NCBI GenBank assembly: GCA_034670305.1
Contig: JAXMNT010000011.1
Location: forward strand, 96,850 to 160,849
Source: Deltaproteobacteria bacterium
Lineage (GTDB): Bacteria; Myxococcota_A; Polyangia; Polyangiales; Houyiibacteriaceae
Direction of reading: 5' to 3'
Length of the DNA: 64,000 nucleotides
Shown piece after piece: positions 8,201 to 19,008 of the stretch (position 1 is its first letter; every line of letters starts with the position of its first letter). The translations under genes were made by a program, and so were the position numbers. The notes below the pieces were generated by a model, which was not told where the DNA came from, searched no databases, and saw nothing but the letters and a program-made list of their open reading frames with translations.

Positions 8201-9733
8201 GTGCGCATCTTTCTCTCTGGGCCGATGGGGGCCGGCAAGTCGACCTTGGCGGCGCCGCTCGCGGAGGCACTCGGGCTGAGGTCGATCGACCTCGACGAAG
8301 CGATCGTGGCCGACGCCGGCAAGTCGATCGCGCGCATCTTCGCGGACGACGGGGAGGTGGCGTTTCGCGCGCTCGAAGGCAAAGCCGCGTGCCGGCTGCT
8401 CGGGGACGACGGGTACGTGGTCGCCCTCGGCGGCGGTACGGTGACCCACCCGGTGACCCGGCGCGCGCTCCTCCACGCCGGCGTGCTTCTGACCCTCCGC
8501 GCACCGATCGATGTGCTGGTGCAGCGGGTGGGCCAGACCGAACACCGACCGTTGCTCGCGGGCGACCCGAAGGCGCGGCTCGAGACGCTGCTCGCGGCGC
8601 GGCGGGGCGCCTACGCCGAGTGCCATGGGTTCATCGACGCCGAGCAGCCGCTCGAAACGCAGGTTCGCGAGGCGACCCGCATCGTTCGAGAGCGACCGAT
8701 CGCGGTGCCGCTTGGCGAGCGGTCCTACGTCGTCGAGATCGGGACCGGCATCCGGTCTCGCACCGCCGCGAAGCTGCCCGACCGACCCTGCGTGTTCGTC
8801 GCGGACGAACACACCGAGACGTGGCGCGACCCGCTGGCGCGAGACGGCGACGTGCGCGTCACGTTGCGGGCGGGTGAAGCCCACAAGACGATCGAGGCGG
8901 CAGCGCGCATCTGGGACGCTGCGCTCGAAGCGCAGGTCGACCGAACCTCGTGCGTGGTCGCGGTCGGTGGTGGGGTCGTCGGCGACCTGAGTGGCTTCGC
9001 CGCGGCGACGTTGCTGCGCGGGGTGGGCTTCGGGCAAGTGCCCACCAGTCTGCTTGCGATGGTCGACAGTTCGGTCGGCGGCAAGACCGGGTTCAACCGC
9101 GCCGCTGGCAAGAACCTCGTCGGCGCGTTTCACCAGCCGAAGTTCGTGCTCTGCGACGTCGAGACGCTCACGACGCTGCCGGACGAAGAACGCACGAGCG
9201 GGCTCGCCGAGGTCGTGAAGTCCGCCTGGCTGGCGGGCGAAGAGGCGGTGGCCGAGCTCGAACGAGATGCGGCGCTTCTCGTTGGCAAGGACCCGGAAGC
9301 GACCGAACGGTGCATCCGCCGGAGCGTCGCGCTGAAGGCGTCGATCGTCGAAGCGGACGAGCGGGAGTCCGGTCCACGCATGCTCCTGAACCTCGGCCAC
9401 ACGGTGGGTCATGGGCTCGAAGCGGACGCCGGATACGGCGGGCTGCGGCACGGTGACGCGGTGGCGCTTGGACTCGTGGCCGCGACCCGGGTCGCCCGCG
9501 GGCTCGGAGCGATGGGGGCGGACCAGGCGGAGCGGCTCGTCCGGTTGATCGGTCGCCTCGGATTGCCGACCGATTTGGACCCGCGACTGCGCAAGGAGGT
9601 CTGGCGCTTCGTGGCGGGCGACAAGAAGCGATCGGGCGACCAGATCCGCTTCGTCGTGCCGTCCGAGCCGGGGCGGGCGCGGATCGAACCGCTCGCGCTC
9701 CACCGGGTGCAGGCGCTGGTCGAGCGGGCCTGA
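8201..9733 (+). CDS. aroKB: Bifunctional shikimate kinase / 3-dehydroquinate synthase (AroK-AroB fusion)
   Basis: N-terminal GPMGAGKS P-loop, DLD, GEVAFR, GGG, RPLL; C-terminal GEAHK, GGGVVGD, PTSLLAMVDSSVGGKTG, KNLVGAFHQP, LNLGHTVGH, DKK. Confidence 0.95.
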   Translation: MRIFLSGPMGAGKSTLAAPLAEALGLRSIDLDEAIVADAGKSIARIFADDGEVAFRALEGKAACRLLGDDGYVVALGGGTVTHPVTRRALLHAGVLLTLRAPIDVLVQRVGQTEHRPLLAGDPKARLETLLAARRGAYAECHGFIDAEQPLETQVREATRIVRERPIAVPLGERSYVVEIGTGIRSRTAAKLPDRPCVFVADEHTETWRDPLARDGDVRVTLRAGEAHKTIEAAARIWDAALEAQVDRTSCVVAVGGGVVGDLSGFAAATLLRGVGFGQVPTSLLAMVDSSVGGKTGFNRAAGKNLVGAFHQPKFVLCDVETLTTLPDEERTSGLAEVVKSAWLAGEEAVAELERDAALLVGKDPEATERCIRRSVALKASIVEADERESGPRMLLNLGHTVGHGLEADAGYGGLRHGDAVALGLVAATRVARGLGAMGADQAERLVRLIGRLGLPTDLDPRLRKEVWRFVAGDKKRSGDQIRFVVPSEPGRARIEPLALHRVQALVERA

Positions 9734-9867
9734 ACCCGCCGAGGCCACACCGAGCCCCATCTTCTGCCTTTCGGTGGTTCGTGCCTGCGCGAAATTTGGT
9801 TCCGGGGACCGGGCCCGGTACGATCTCCTTACCGCCCTTCGTTTGTCGACGTGCGGTGGAGGAGTCC

Positions 9868-10548
9868 ATGGTCCGTCTGCGTCCCAGTTCCAAGTCTGCG
9901 CTCATGATGTGTTCCGTCCTGCTCGGCATGACCGGTGTCAGCGGGTGTGCGGACGACAACGTCTCCCTCTTCGTGCGCGGCCCGGTGCCGCCCATGGCGT
10001 CGATGGGCAGTTGCACGTTCGACCCGAGCGGCGACCTCCAGTTCGATGGGACGTTCGACGTGGGCAGCACGTTTCCGCGCCGCACCGGCTACAAACTCGG
10101 ACTGGCGGTTCAGAACCAGCTCCAGGCCCGCGCCACCAGTGGCCGCGCGGAGCCGAACGGCATCCACATCACCCGCGCGGAGATCCGGCTCGAGGACATT
10201 GGCGGCAACCTCATCCTGCCGGCGTACTCCGTGCCGACGGCGGGCTATGTGCCTCCCGGCGCAGACGCGACGAACCCAGGGCAGGGCATCGTGACGGTGG
10301 AGGTCATTCCGGTCTCCGTGATTCCGGCACTCGCCGGGGTGGGAGACGGCGCGACCGTCGTTTCGTACATCCGCCTCTTCGGAGAGACGAATGGCACCAT
10401 CGACATCGAGACCGGGGACTACGTGTGGCCGATCTCGCTGTGCAACGGATGCCTCTTCCTCTGCTTGGACGATCCCGATGCCTCGCAAGAGCTGGCGTGC
10501 ATTCCTGGGCAGGACTCGGTGAGTCTGATCCAGTGCGGCGCGATGTAG
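9868..10548 (+). CDS. Hypothetical lipoprotein (beta-rich, Cys-containing C-terminus)
   Basis: GGAGGA RBS before ATG 9868, lipobox VSGC, coding-like codon usage, followed by a terminator. Confidence 0.8.
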   Translation: MVRLRPSSKSALMMCSVLLGMTGVSGCADDNVSLFVRGPVPPMASMGSCTFDPSGDLQFDGTFDVGSTFPRRTGYKLGLAVQNQLQARATSGRAEPNGIHITRAEIRLEDIGGNLILPAYSVPTAGYVPPGADATNPGQGIVTVEVIPVSVIPALAGVGDGATVVSYIRLFGETNGTIDIETGDYVWPISLCNGCLFLCLDDPDASQELACIPGQDSVSLIQCGAM

Positions 10549-10572
10549 CGGTTTGCGGATTCTGAGAAGCGG

Positions 10573-10601
10573 AAGCGCTCGCCGGAAGGCGGGCGCTTTT
10601 T
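10573..10601 (+). terminator. Intrinsic terminator
   Basis: AAGCGCTCGCC-GGAA-GGCGGGCGCTT followed by T's. Confidence 0.85.
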
Positions 10602-10606
10602 CGTGT

Positions 10607-10924
<318 letters not shown>

Positions 10925-10938
10925 GTTGTGGCCGACTT

Positions 10939-12897
10939 CTAGGCGGGCTTGGGGCGGCGGAGGCGGGTGATGCCTTCGGCGAGGAGGGTGGCGCCGGCGA
11001 GGAGGAAGAGCCAGGGGGCGAGGGGGCGGCGGGAGCGGCCGCCGGATTCGGTCACGGTCTCTGGCGGGAGTTCGGGGAGGGCGGCGGTGCGGAGGTCGGA
11101 TTCGGCGGCGGGTGGGGCGACGATGAAACGGCCCCGCACTTCGTCGTCGGCATCGCGCCACTCGTACACGCCGCTCGCGTACGTCTCGGTGAAGGGGCCG
11201 GCCAACTCCACACGCTCGCCGTTCGGAAGCCGCACGTGGGTGGCGCCCTCGGGCGGTTCGCTGGGGGCGCCGGCTTCGATGCGCTGACTCGGCGCGGTGC
11301 GTCCGGAGGAGAGCCGTCCACACAACTCATGGGCGAGCGCGACGTAGCCGGGATGGTAGGGGAGGTCGGTGCCCGCGTCGTCGAGGGTGGTGGCCAGCAT
11401 CGCGACCCGGCCGAGGCCGACCCGGCCTTCGATCAACACCGGACTGCCGTTTCCCGTCCGCGCGACGACGGTCGCGTCCGTGTTTGGATCCAGCTCGTAG
11501 AGTCGACGGATGCGTGCGTTGCCGAACTCCAGGATCCCTGCGCCCTCTGCAACGATCGCTTCGTCCACGGTGCGCGCGGGCTGCACTCGTGCGATCGCCG
11601 CCCGTCCGAGCCGCCGCGTGAGCGTGGGACCGTCCATCTTCTGGCCCATGGCGATGAGCAGGCCACCGCCCGCCTCGACGAAACGCCGCAGCGCCGCGCT
11701 CGCGCGCGCGGTCGGGATCGCGTTCGCGAGCACCACGACGTCGACTTCGCCCAAGTCGTCCGCGCCGAAGCGGTCGGCGTCGATGATGCGGTGGCGCACG
11801 CGGCCGACCCGGCCGGCCGCCGGGCTCTCGAGTGCGCGCGCGAACCAGCCGACCTCGTCGCGGGTCGGGGTGGGATGGGGATCTCCATCCACCAGCAGCG
11901 CGCGGATCGCGGCCGGAGGTTGCAGCATGAGCGGCCGGCGGTCGTCGGCGGGCAGAAGTTCGTCCCCGCTGGTCTCTTTCCAGCGTGCGAAGGCGACCGG
12001 GGTCGCTTGCGCAGGCACATGCAGCGTCAGCGCGGTGGTCGGACCGGTGGCCTGGGCGGTGCCCTCCGCCAGCACCTCGCCGGACTCGTCTTCGATCACG
12101 ATCGCGTTCGCGACGCCGTCGTCCTCGTGATGTGGGGTGCGCAGCAGCAGCCGGACCGACACTTGGCCCGGCGTGGTCGGGTCGGGTGCCCCTTCGGCTT
12201 CGAGCACCGCGCGGTTCGGGGTGTCTTCGGCGCCAAGCCGTTCGATCGCGACCTGCACCCCGCGTTCCGGCCACGCGATGCTCCGAGGGTTCGCGTGCAC
12301 CGCGAAGTCCGAGAGCACGAGGAGCCGCCGGTCGTGCCGCGCGGCGGAGAGGCTGCGCCGCGCCAGGTCGACGGCGCCGGGAAGGTCCGAACCGCGCGCC
12401 GAAGTCTCCGGCAGGGTTCGGAGCACCCGCAAGGCGGGCTCGGTTGCGTCGCTTCGTTCGGCCACGAGCCGGGCCGGATGTCCGGCGAAGACGAGGGAGA
12501 CCTCCGAGCCGGTGGGCAGGGCTTCGATGGTGCGCACCGCGAGTGCGACCGCGTCTTCGATCCGAGTGCCGTTTTCGCCGTCCTGGGTCCACATGGACAT
12601 CGAGTCGTCGAGCACGATGGCGACGCTCGACCGGTGCCCGTCGTCGAATGCCGCGCGGGTGGTGACGAACGGAGACGCGATCGCGAACACCACCAGCGCG
12701 AGCAGGAGCAGGCGCAGCGCGAGCAGCCACACGTCGCGAAGTTGCAGGCGGCGCCGGCTCGTCGCGGTCGCGCGCCCGAGCAGCACCACGGTGGGCAGCG
12801 TCAACTTCGGCAGGTCCTTGCGCCGAAGCAGGTGGATGGCGATCGGAAGTCCGAGCGCGAAGAGCCCCAACAAGGCCACCGGGAGCGCGAGGCCCAT
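10939..12897 (-). CDS. BatA-domain / vWA membrane protein (MoxR-associated)
   Basis: LPIAIHLL BatA N-terminus, LLALRLLLL, vWA MIDAS VLDDSMSM, VLSDF, glutamine-amidotransferase-like segment, C-terminal TM. Confidence 0.88.
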   Translation of the reverse strand: MGLALPVALLGLFALGLPIAIHLLRRKDLPKLTLPTVVLLGRATATSRRRLQLRDVWLLALRLLLLALVVFAIASPFVTTRAAFDDGHRSSVAIVLDDSMSMWTQDGENGTRIEDAVALAVRTIEALPTGSEVSLVFAGHPARLVAERSDATEPALRVLRTLPETSARGSDLPGAVDLARRSLSAARHDRRLLVLSDFAVHANPRSIAWPERGVQVAIERLGAEDTPNRAVLEAEGAPDPTTPGQVSVRLLLRTPHHEDDGVANAIVIEDESGEVLAEGTAQATGPTTALTLHVPAQATPVAFARWKETSGDELLPADDRRPLMLQPPAAIRALLVDGDPHPTPTRDEVGWFARALESPAAGRVGRVRHRIIDADRFGADDLGEVDVVVLANAIPTARASAALRRFVEAGGGLLIAMGQKMDGPTLTRRLGRAAIARVQPARTVDEAIVAEGAGILEFGNARIRRLYELDPNTDATVVARTGNGSPVLIEGRVGLGRVAMLATTLDDAGTDLPYHPGYVALAHELCGRLSSGRTAPSQRIEAGAPSEPPEGATHVRLPNGERVELAGPFTETYASGVYEWRDADDEVRGRFIVAPPAAESDLRTAALPELPPETVTESGGRSRRPLAPWLFLLAGATLLAEGITRLRRPKPA

Positions 12898-13871
12898 CAG
12901 CGGCTCCACCCAGCACGGCTGCGGCGAAGAAGCCGCGCGAGCACCCGCTCCACCGGGACATGGGTGGGGGCCAACTCGTAGCGGGCCCCCGCAGCGGTGC
13001 ACCGCAACCGGGCATCCTCCAGGAAGCGCTCGATTTCCTCTGCATACTGCGCGCGGGCGGTGTGGGTGTCCGCTTCGACCCGCGCTTCGTCTTCGAGCCC
13101 CTCGAAGCGCGCGGCACCGACGTCGGGCAATTCGAGTTCGTCCGAGTGCAGCACGTGCAACACGATCACCATGTGCCCTCGGGCATGCAGCTGCGCGATC
13201 GGCGCGAGCGCATCTGGGGAGAGGTCGAGCAGGTCGCTTGCGATCACCACGAGCCCTCGGCGTCCGGCCGGTTCCAGGGCCTCCACCAGCGACCGATGCA
13301 GCCCCGTCGAGGCCCGGCCACGGTTGGCGTCGGCCCGCACCGCCAGGCGTCGGAAGACGAGGTCGAGATGCGCTGCCCGCGAGCGCGGTCGGACGATGTC
13401 GCCCTCGAGCCCATCGCCGAAGCCGGCCACGCCAACCGCGTCTCCCTGATGGATCAGCAGCAGCGCGAACGCAGCCAGGAGCTCGGCGGCGTGGTCGTCC
13501 TTGCGTCGACCCTCGTCGGTCTCGTGCTTGGGGGGCACACAGCCTCCGAACGCCATCGACCCACTCTCGTCGCGCAACAGCAGTGCTCGGAGCTGGGTCT
13601 CCTGCTCGAACCGCTTGATCATGTGCCGGTCGGTGCGGGCGAACGCGCGCCAATCGATCAACCGTGGTTCGTCGCCGGGGCGGTACTCGCGGTGTTCGAC
13701 GAACACAACGCTCGCGCCGCGGTGCGGGCTGCGGTGTTGGCCGCTGAGCAATCCTTCGACCGCGCGTGTGGCCCGAAAGGAGAGTGCGCGTGCGCGGGCC
13801 GCGACGCCCGGATCCAGCACCTCCGGTGCGGAGTCGACTTCGCGCGCCGCCGCTCGTCGGGGCGGGCTCAC
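12897..13871 (-). CDS. DUF58 protein
   Basis: [23 protein letters not shown]...AR, DESGSM, VIASD; lies between MoxR and BatA. Confidence 0.9.
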   Translation of the reverse strand: MSPPRRAAAREVDSAPEVLDPGVAARARALSFRATRAVEGLLSGQHRSPHRGASVVFVEHREYRPGDEPRLIDWRAFARTDRHMIKRFEQETQLRALLLRDESGSMAFGGCVPPKHETDEGRRKDDHAAELLAAFALLLIHQGDAVGVAGFGDGLEGDIVRPRSRAAHLDLVFRRLAVRADANRGRASTGLHRSLVEALEPAGRRGLVVIASDLLDLSPDALAPIAQLHARGHMVIVLHVLHSDELELPDVGAARFEGLEDEARVEADTHTARAQYAEEIERFLEDARLRCTAAGARYELAPTHVPVERVLARLLRRSRAGWSR

Positions 13872-14950
13872 GGCTTGGTGGCGTCGAGGACCGCGTCGAC
13901 GATGTCGGCCGGCGTCACGCCTTCGGCTTCGGCGCGAAAGCTCGGTACCAAACGATGTCGGAGGACGGGCCGGGCGAGTGCGCGCACGTCCTCGATCTCA
14001 GCCGCGAAGCGGCCGTCGAGCACCGCGCGTGCTTTGGCCCCGAGAATGAGCGCCTGGCTCGCACGGGGTCCGGCGCCGAACGCGAGGAACCGCTCCACCG
14101 GCTCCACGCCCTTGTCCTGTCCCGAGTCGGGCCGGGTCGAGCGCACGATCGCCACCGCGTGGGCGAGCACGTGGTCGGCGACCGGCACGCGCGGCACGAG
14201 CGCCTGAAGTGCGAGGATCTCCTCCCGATCGAGCACCGGTTCCGGCGCCGCGAGTTGGGGGGAGGTGGTGCGCCGCACGATCTCGATCTCTTCTTCCGCG
14301 CTCGGGTAGCCGACATCCACCTGGAAGAGGAACCGGTCGAGCTGCGCTTCGGGGAGCGGGTACGTGCCTTCCTGTTCGATCGGGTTCTGGGTGGCGAAGA
14401 CCAGGAAGGGGGCGTCGAGCGTGTGGGTTCGACCACCGGCGGTGACTTGGCCCTCTGCCATCGCCTGGAGCAGGGCGGCCTGGGTCTTCGGCGGGGTCCG
14501 GTTGATCTCATCCGCCAAGAGAATGTTGGCGAACACGGGGCCCTTCATGAAACGAAACCGCCGTTTGCCGGTCTCCGGGCTCTCTTCGAGCACGTCGGTG
14601 CCGGTGATGTCGCTCGGCATCAGGTCTGGGGTGAACTGGATCCGCCGGAAACCGAGGGTGAGCACATCGGCCAGCGACTGGATCAACAACGTCTTCGCGA
14701 GGCCCGGGACGCCGACGAAGAGGCCGTGCCCACGGGCGAACAACGCCACCAAGAGCAGTTCCAGCACTTCGTCTTGCCCGACGATGCGTCGGTGGACCTG
14801 CGCACGGATGTTCCGCTTGGCGTCCGCCAGCTGCTGCACCCGCTCGACGTCGGTCGGCCCAGCGACGACCGGGGGCTCCGAAGGGGTCGCCGATGGGGCG
14901 TCCGCAGGGGCTTTCGAGGGCTCCGGGGGCAAGGAAGAGACGTCCGTCAC
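13868..14950 (-). CDS. moxR: MoxR-family AAA+ ATPase
   Basis: [67 protein letters not shown]. Confidence 0.95.
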   Translation of the reverse strand: MTDVSSLPPEPSKAPADAPSATPSEPPVVAGPTDVERVQQLADAKRNIRAQVHRRIVGQDEVLELLLVALFARGHGLFVGVPGLAKTLLIQSLADVLTLGFRRIQFTPDLMPSDITGTDVLEESPETGKRRFRFMKGPVFANILLADEINRTPPKTQAALLQAMAEGQVTAGGRTHTLDAPFLVFATQNPIEQEGTYPLPEAQLDRFLFQVDVGYPSAEEEIEIVRRTTSPQLAAPEPVLDREEILALQALVPRVPVADHVLAHAVAIVRSTRPDSGQDKGVEPVERFLAFGAGPRASQALILGAKARAVLDGRFAAEIEDVRALARPVLRHRLVPSFRAEAEGVTPADIVDAVLDATKP

Positions 14951-15131
14951 GATCTTCTTCCTACCGAAACGGTTTGAAGATGCACGTCTTTTCTGAATCG
15001 AACCGGCTGGATGCGCGTTTGCGGTCGGAGGGCTGCGCGCAAAGCGCCGCCGACGCTTCCACGGTCGAGGGCGTTTGACGCCGCTCTTGGCGCGTTGCCC
15101 GGGTCAACCGATGAGACTACGTTCCGCCGCC

Positions 15132-16580
15132 ATGGGCCCCCGCCCCCACCATATCCTTCGCCGCGCGACGGCAATCTTCCTGCTTTTCCTGGGAATCGGC
15201 TGCGACCAGTCGGGCGAGCCGCCCCCTCCGGCGCGGCTCAACTTTCCCATCGCCATCGGGATCTCCCCCGACCAGCAGGTCCTGTTCATCGCGAACTCCA
15301 ACTTCGACCTGGCGTTCAACTCGTCGTCGCTCCAGGCCTACTCCCTGTCCGTGCTGAACGACAGCCTGGACGCACAGGCCTGCTCCGAAGACGTGGCCGA
15401 CCGCTGCGGCGTCATTCCGGTCGAGGACGCCCGCGACGATCTGGCCTCGCTCGACATCGAGCCCATCTCCGGATTGCTGCTCAGCGAGGTCTACATCGGC
15501 TCCTACGCGAGCGGCATGGGGGTCGGGACCCGCGCGGGTGGCGGACACCGGGTGTACCTGCCGGTGCGTTCGGACGCGAACCTCACGTTCGTCGATGTCG
15601 ACACCAGCGGCCGGCTCTCCTGCGGGGAAGGGTTCGCCGCACCAGGGGCCCCGTACGCTTGCACCGATGCGTTCCGTCAGGGGAACGACGAGACGGCCAC
15701 GGTGCGCTCCATCGAGCTGCCTTCGGATCCCGTTGGCATCCACGTGGGCCCGCTGTCCGATGTCGTCACCGGCGGCGGTGCGGTCTTGCCCGAAGCCAAC
15801 TACGTCATGCTCGCGCACCGCGATGGCCGGGCCAGCTTGTTCTTCGACGAGGAGGCCGGCTTCGACGTCGCGCCCCGTCTGATTCACACCATCGCCGGCC
15901 TGCCGCGTGAGCTCGTCGGCCTCACGGTGGACCCAGTCACCAAGATGGCCTGGGCCCCGAGCGCCTTCGTTCCCCTGGTGGGACGCGTCGGGGTCGCGTT
16001 CGACGGGGCCGTCGACGAACCCGATCGTTCGTTCCTCTTCAACGCGGGGGACCTGGTCGTGCGCGGCATCGACACCGGCCGCAGCGGCGTTGGCGACACC
16101 CGGGCGGTGCGCTTCGATCCCCGGCCCGATGTGCGCCGGGCGTACATCCTCTCGCGCCTCCCCCGCGCCATGCTGACGGTGGACATCGACGACAGCGTCG
16201 GCGAGCTGAGTCTGACCGGTATCGTGGAACTCGGTCTCGGACCCTCGCGCTTCGAGGTCTCCCACTTCGAGGCCGAAGGGCGGACCCTGGCGTTCGTCTC
16301 CTGTTTCGACGCGGGGGACCTCTACGTCATCGATGTGGATCTGCAGCGCCTCATCGGCATCGCCCGCGGCATCGGCGGTCCGTTTGAGATCGCCATCGAC
16401 TCGGTGACGCCCGGCCGCCGCCGCATCTACGTGCTCGACTTCCGCCAGTCGGTGGTTCGGGTGCTCGACCTCGAGCCCACGCTCGACTGTCTCTCCGATC
16501 CCGCCACGACCGTCGAGTCGTGCTCGCCGCGGCAGATCGGTGTGCTCGGTCGGCCGGTCTCGGTGCAGGAGCTTCGTTGA
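15132..16580 (+). CDS. Lipoprotein, probable beta-propeller (YncE/YVTN-like)
   Basis: Lipobox GIGC, 'FPIAIGISPD...LFIANSNFDL', repeated P..I/L...V blades; start could be 15111. Confidence 0.75.
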   Translation: MGPRPHHILRRATAIFLLFLGIGCDQSGEPPPPARLNFPIAIGISPDQQVLFIANSNFDLAFNSSSLQAYSLSVLNDSLDAQACSEDVADRCGVIPVEDARDDLASLDIEPISGLLLSEVYIGSYASGMGVGTRAGGGHRVYLPVRSDANLTFVDVDTSGRLSCGEGFAAPGAPYACTDAFRQGNDETATVRSIELPSDPVGIHVGPLSDVVTGGGAVLPEANYVMLAHRDGRASLFFDEEAGFDVAPRLIHTIAGLPRELVGLTVDPVTKMAWAPSAFVPLVGRVGVAFDGAVDEPDRSFLFNAGDLVVRGIDTGRSGVGDTRAVRFDPRPDVRRAYILSRLPRAMLTVDIDDSVGELSLTGIVELGLGPSRFEVSHFEAEGRTLAFVSCFDAGDLYVIDVDLQRLIGIARGIGGPFEIAIDSVTPGRRRIYVLDFRQSVVRVLDLEPTLDCLSDPATTVESCSPRQIGVLGRPVSVQELR

Positions 16581-18997
16581 TGTCGCAGCCCTTCCGCGTG
16601 CGTCAGCGCGCGCGACGTGTTTCGTGGGTGCTCGCCGGTTGGTTCCTCGCCGCCACCGCGTGCGGCAACGACCCGACCATCGTGCAGCCCCCGACCTTCG
16701 AACGCCCCGGGGACGTCGGGTTCGTGTGTTACGACACCCAGGATCGCGCCCTCGTCTCGCTCGAGACCTGCCGCGGCCTGACCGGCACCACCGAAGACCG
16801 CTACGCGATGACCGCGCTCGTCACCCAGACGGCGAGTGGCGAGGTCGGCGCGGTGGACCTGCGCACCCAGCAGGTGCTCGACGCGGACCCGCGCGTGCCC
16901 GGGTTCACCTTCGTACGCGTCGGTGAGTTCCCGACCGACATCCTCGTCTCGCCGACCGAGCCGGGGGTCACCTATGTCGCCTCGTTCGGGTCCCGTCGCG
17001 TGGAGTACTACGCCACGTCCCGCTTCCGTCCGGACATCGCGGCGCCCGCGATTCCGTTCGAGCGCGAAGGCACGGTCCCGCTCGGGTTCGGTCCGATCGA
17101 CCTGGCGATGGCGCCGGACGGCGGGAGCATCTTCGCCGCGCTCCCTCGGGCCGGCATGATCGCGCGCATTCCCGTCGAAGCGGATCTGACTCTGTCCGAG
17201 ACGTTCGAGATGATCGCGCTCGATCCCGCCCTCGGTGTGCCCGTCGCCGCCCCTGAAGAAGGGAGCGCCTACCAACGCGTCTGCTTGTCGGCGGGCGTGG
17301 TCGGGACCTCCGCGAACACCCGCGCAGCGTCCGGCGTGCGCGACCTCTCGATCGAGCTGAGCGACACCACCCGGCCGGTTCGGTTGCTGGTCACGGGCGA
17401 CCAACTGCTGGTCGCCGATGCATCGCGACCCGTGCTCCACCGCTTCCGGATCGGCGACACGCTCGAACCGCTGCCGCCGATCGCGACGGGCGTGCCGCTG
17501 AGCGACATCGCGGTCACCCCCGAGGTGCCGGCGACCTCCGCATTCGACGAGACGGCCACAGAACGGTTCCTCTACGCGATCGACGCCACCGACCAAACCG
17601 TGCTCGCGATCGATTTCCTCGAGGGTTCACCCACGTTCGGTGCGGTTCTGCCTGTGCACGTCGGCGACGGTCCAAGCGATCGCATCCGCCTCCTCACCGA
17701 TGCCCGCACGATCGCGGTCGTCACACCGGACTTCCCGGAGGGCGAGGCCTGCGAGATCAGCGGCGAGGTCATCGGCGCCGGCCAGGAGCCCAGCACGCTC
17801 ACCTCCGGACATCTGCGGGGGGTCTTCCTCGCGGTCGGGCTGAACAACGGGCTCATCCAGATGGTCGACGTCCACGACCTCAATGCCAACTGCCGAGGCG
17901 GCAGCGGCTGCACCACCCCTCCGAACGACTCGGACGTACAGGTCTGGATCCGTCGCCACGTCGCGCGACGGGCCACCTTCATCAGCACCGGCCTCGGGGT
18001 CGTGGGCACGCCGACCTTCAGCTTCGAAGGCGCGCCCGGACGGCTCGAGAACGACGGCAGCACCGACGGCGGACCGCGGCTCACGTCCATCGAGTGTCCC
18101 ACGTTCAACGCACAGGTCTTCCCTGAGACCGGCGACCCGGTGATCTGCGCCACCAGCGAAGTCTGGGCCGCCCGCTCCGAGACCTGGACGACGACCTACG
18201 AAGGCGCGATTCCCGGCGCGACCAGCGGACGGGCGCGCATCGAAGCGGATGTGGCGATCGTCGAAGGCGGAAGCTTCTGTCGGCGCGGGGTGCTCGGCAC
18301 CGCCAACGTGCTGCGCAGCATGCTCGACGCCGAGGATCCCGAACGGGAGTATCTCGGAGACCAGCTCGTCGTGACGAGCGACCCGCCGTCCAGCCGCGCG
18401 AGCGAGTGCGCCGATTACTTCTACGACGAGATCCTCGAAGAGCGGGCGCGCGAGATCCAGATCCCGATCGTGGACGCATTCCAAGACCGGCTCGTGCTGG
18501 ATCCTTCGAGCCCAGGCCTTGCGGAGCTCTCGCGCTGCTACCCGTCGCTCTTCGGCATCGAAGTGCGCACCCGCGGTGCGTTCACGGTGCAGGGCTCGGT
18601 CAGCGGCTTCAGCCACCGGGTCGTCGCAGGGGACGAAGGACGGTGCCTCGTCGACCGCGTCGGGCAGCCCATCGACCCAACGGATTCGAGCAGCTTCCGC
18701 AACAGCCGCGCGTTCAACAACCGCTTCTACCAGAACCCTTACGTCGCATTTCAGATCTCCCACCCGGAGTTCAGTGTGATGACCGGCGTGGACGCGGCCC
18801 TGACCTTCGTGGTGGGCGGCGTGCCGCCTGTGCTCGTGGCCGACCCCGGCCTGCGCGGATCGGGACGGCGGCCCGTCATCCTCGAGCGCTTGGTGTTCAA
18901 CGACGTCGACGACCACATGTACGTCGTGGACAGCAACTCGGATGGCTTCGTCCAGTACGGCCTCGATCCTCTGACGGCGAACCTCACCTTCGAGTAG
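16580..18997 (+). CDS. Large hypothetical lipoprotein, beta-rich
   Basis: Lipobox ATAC, TGATG coupling with the upstream gene, about 805 aa with coding-like codon usage. Confidence 0.78.
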   Translation: MSQPFRVRQRARRVSWVLAGWFLAATACGNDPTIVQPPTFERPGDVGFVCYDTQDRALVSLETCRGLTGTTEDRYAMTALVTQTASGEVGAVDLRTQQVLDADPRVPGFTFVRVGEFPTDILVSPTEPGVTYVASFGSRRVEYYATSRFRPDIAAPAIPFEREGTVPLGFGPIDLAMAPDGGSIFAALPRAGMIARIPVEADLTLSETFEMIALDPALGVPVAAPEEGSAYQRVCLSAGVVGTSANTRAASGVRDLSIELSDTTRPVRLLVTGDQLLVADASRPVLHRFRIGDTLEPLPPIATGVPLSDIAVTPEVPATSAFDETATERFLYAIDATDQTVLAIDFLEGSPTFGAVLPVHVGDGPSDRIRLLTDARTIAVVTPDFPEGEACEISGEVIGAGQEPSTLTSGHLRGVFLAVGLNNGLIQMVDVHDLNANCRGGSGCTTPPNDSDVQVWIRRHVARRATFISTGLGVVGTPTFSFEGAPGRLENDGSTDGGPRLTSIECPTFNAQVFPETGDPVICATSEVWAARSETWTTTYEGAIPGATSGRARIEADVAIVEGGSFCRRGVLGTANVLRSMLDAEDPEREYLGDQLVVTSDPPSSRASECADYFYDEILEERAREIQIPIVDAFQDRLVLDPSSPGLAELSRCYPSLFGIEVRTRGAFTVQGSVSGFSHRVVAGDEGRCLVDRVGQPIDPTDSSSFRNSRAFNNRFYQNPYVAFQISHPEFSVMTGVDAALTFVVGGVPPVLVADPGLRGSGRRPVILERLVFNDVDDHMYVVDSNSDGFVQYGLDPLTANLTFE

Positions 18998-19008
18998 GCT
19001 CCGTCGCG

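Noticed and set aside
10939-14950. MoxR-DUF58-BatA operon as a novel system
   Set aside because: Well-known, widespread gene trio with ordinary architecture here.
18406-19008. Long N-terminal extensions of mutS, pheA, hisC, the kinase, matrixin and HtrA in the ORF track
   Set aside because: They overlap upstream genes and are Arg/Pro-rich noise; downstream starts fit operon packing and domain boundaries.
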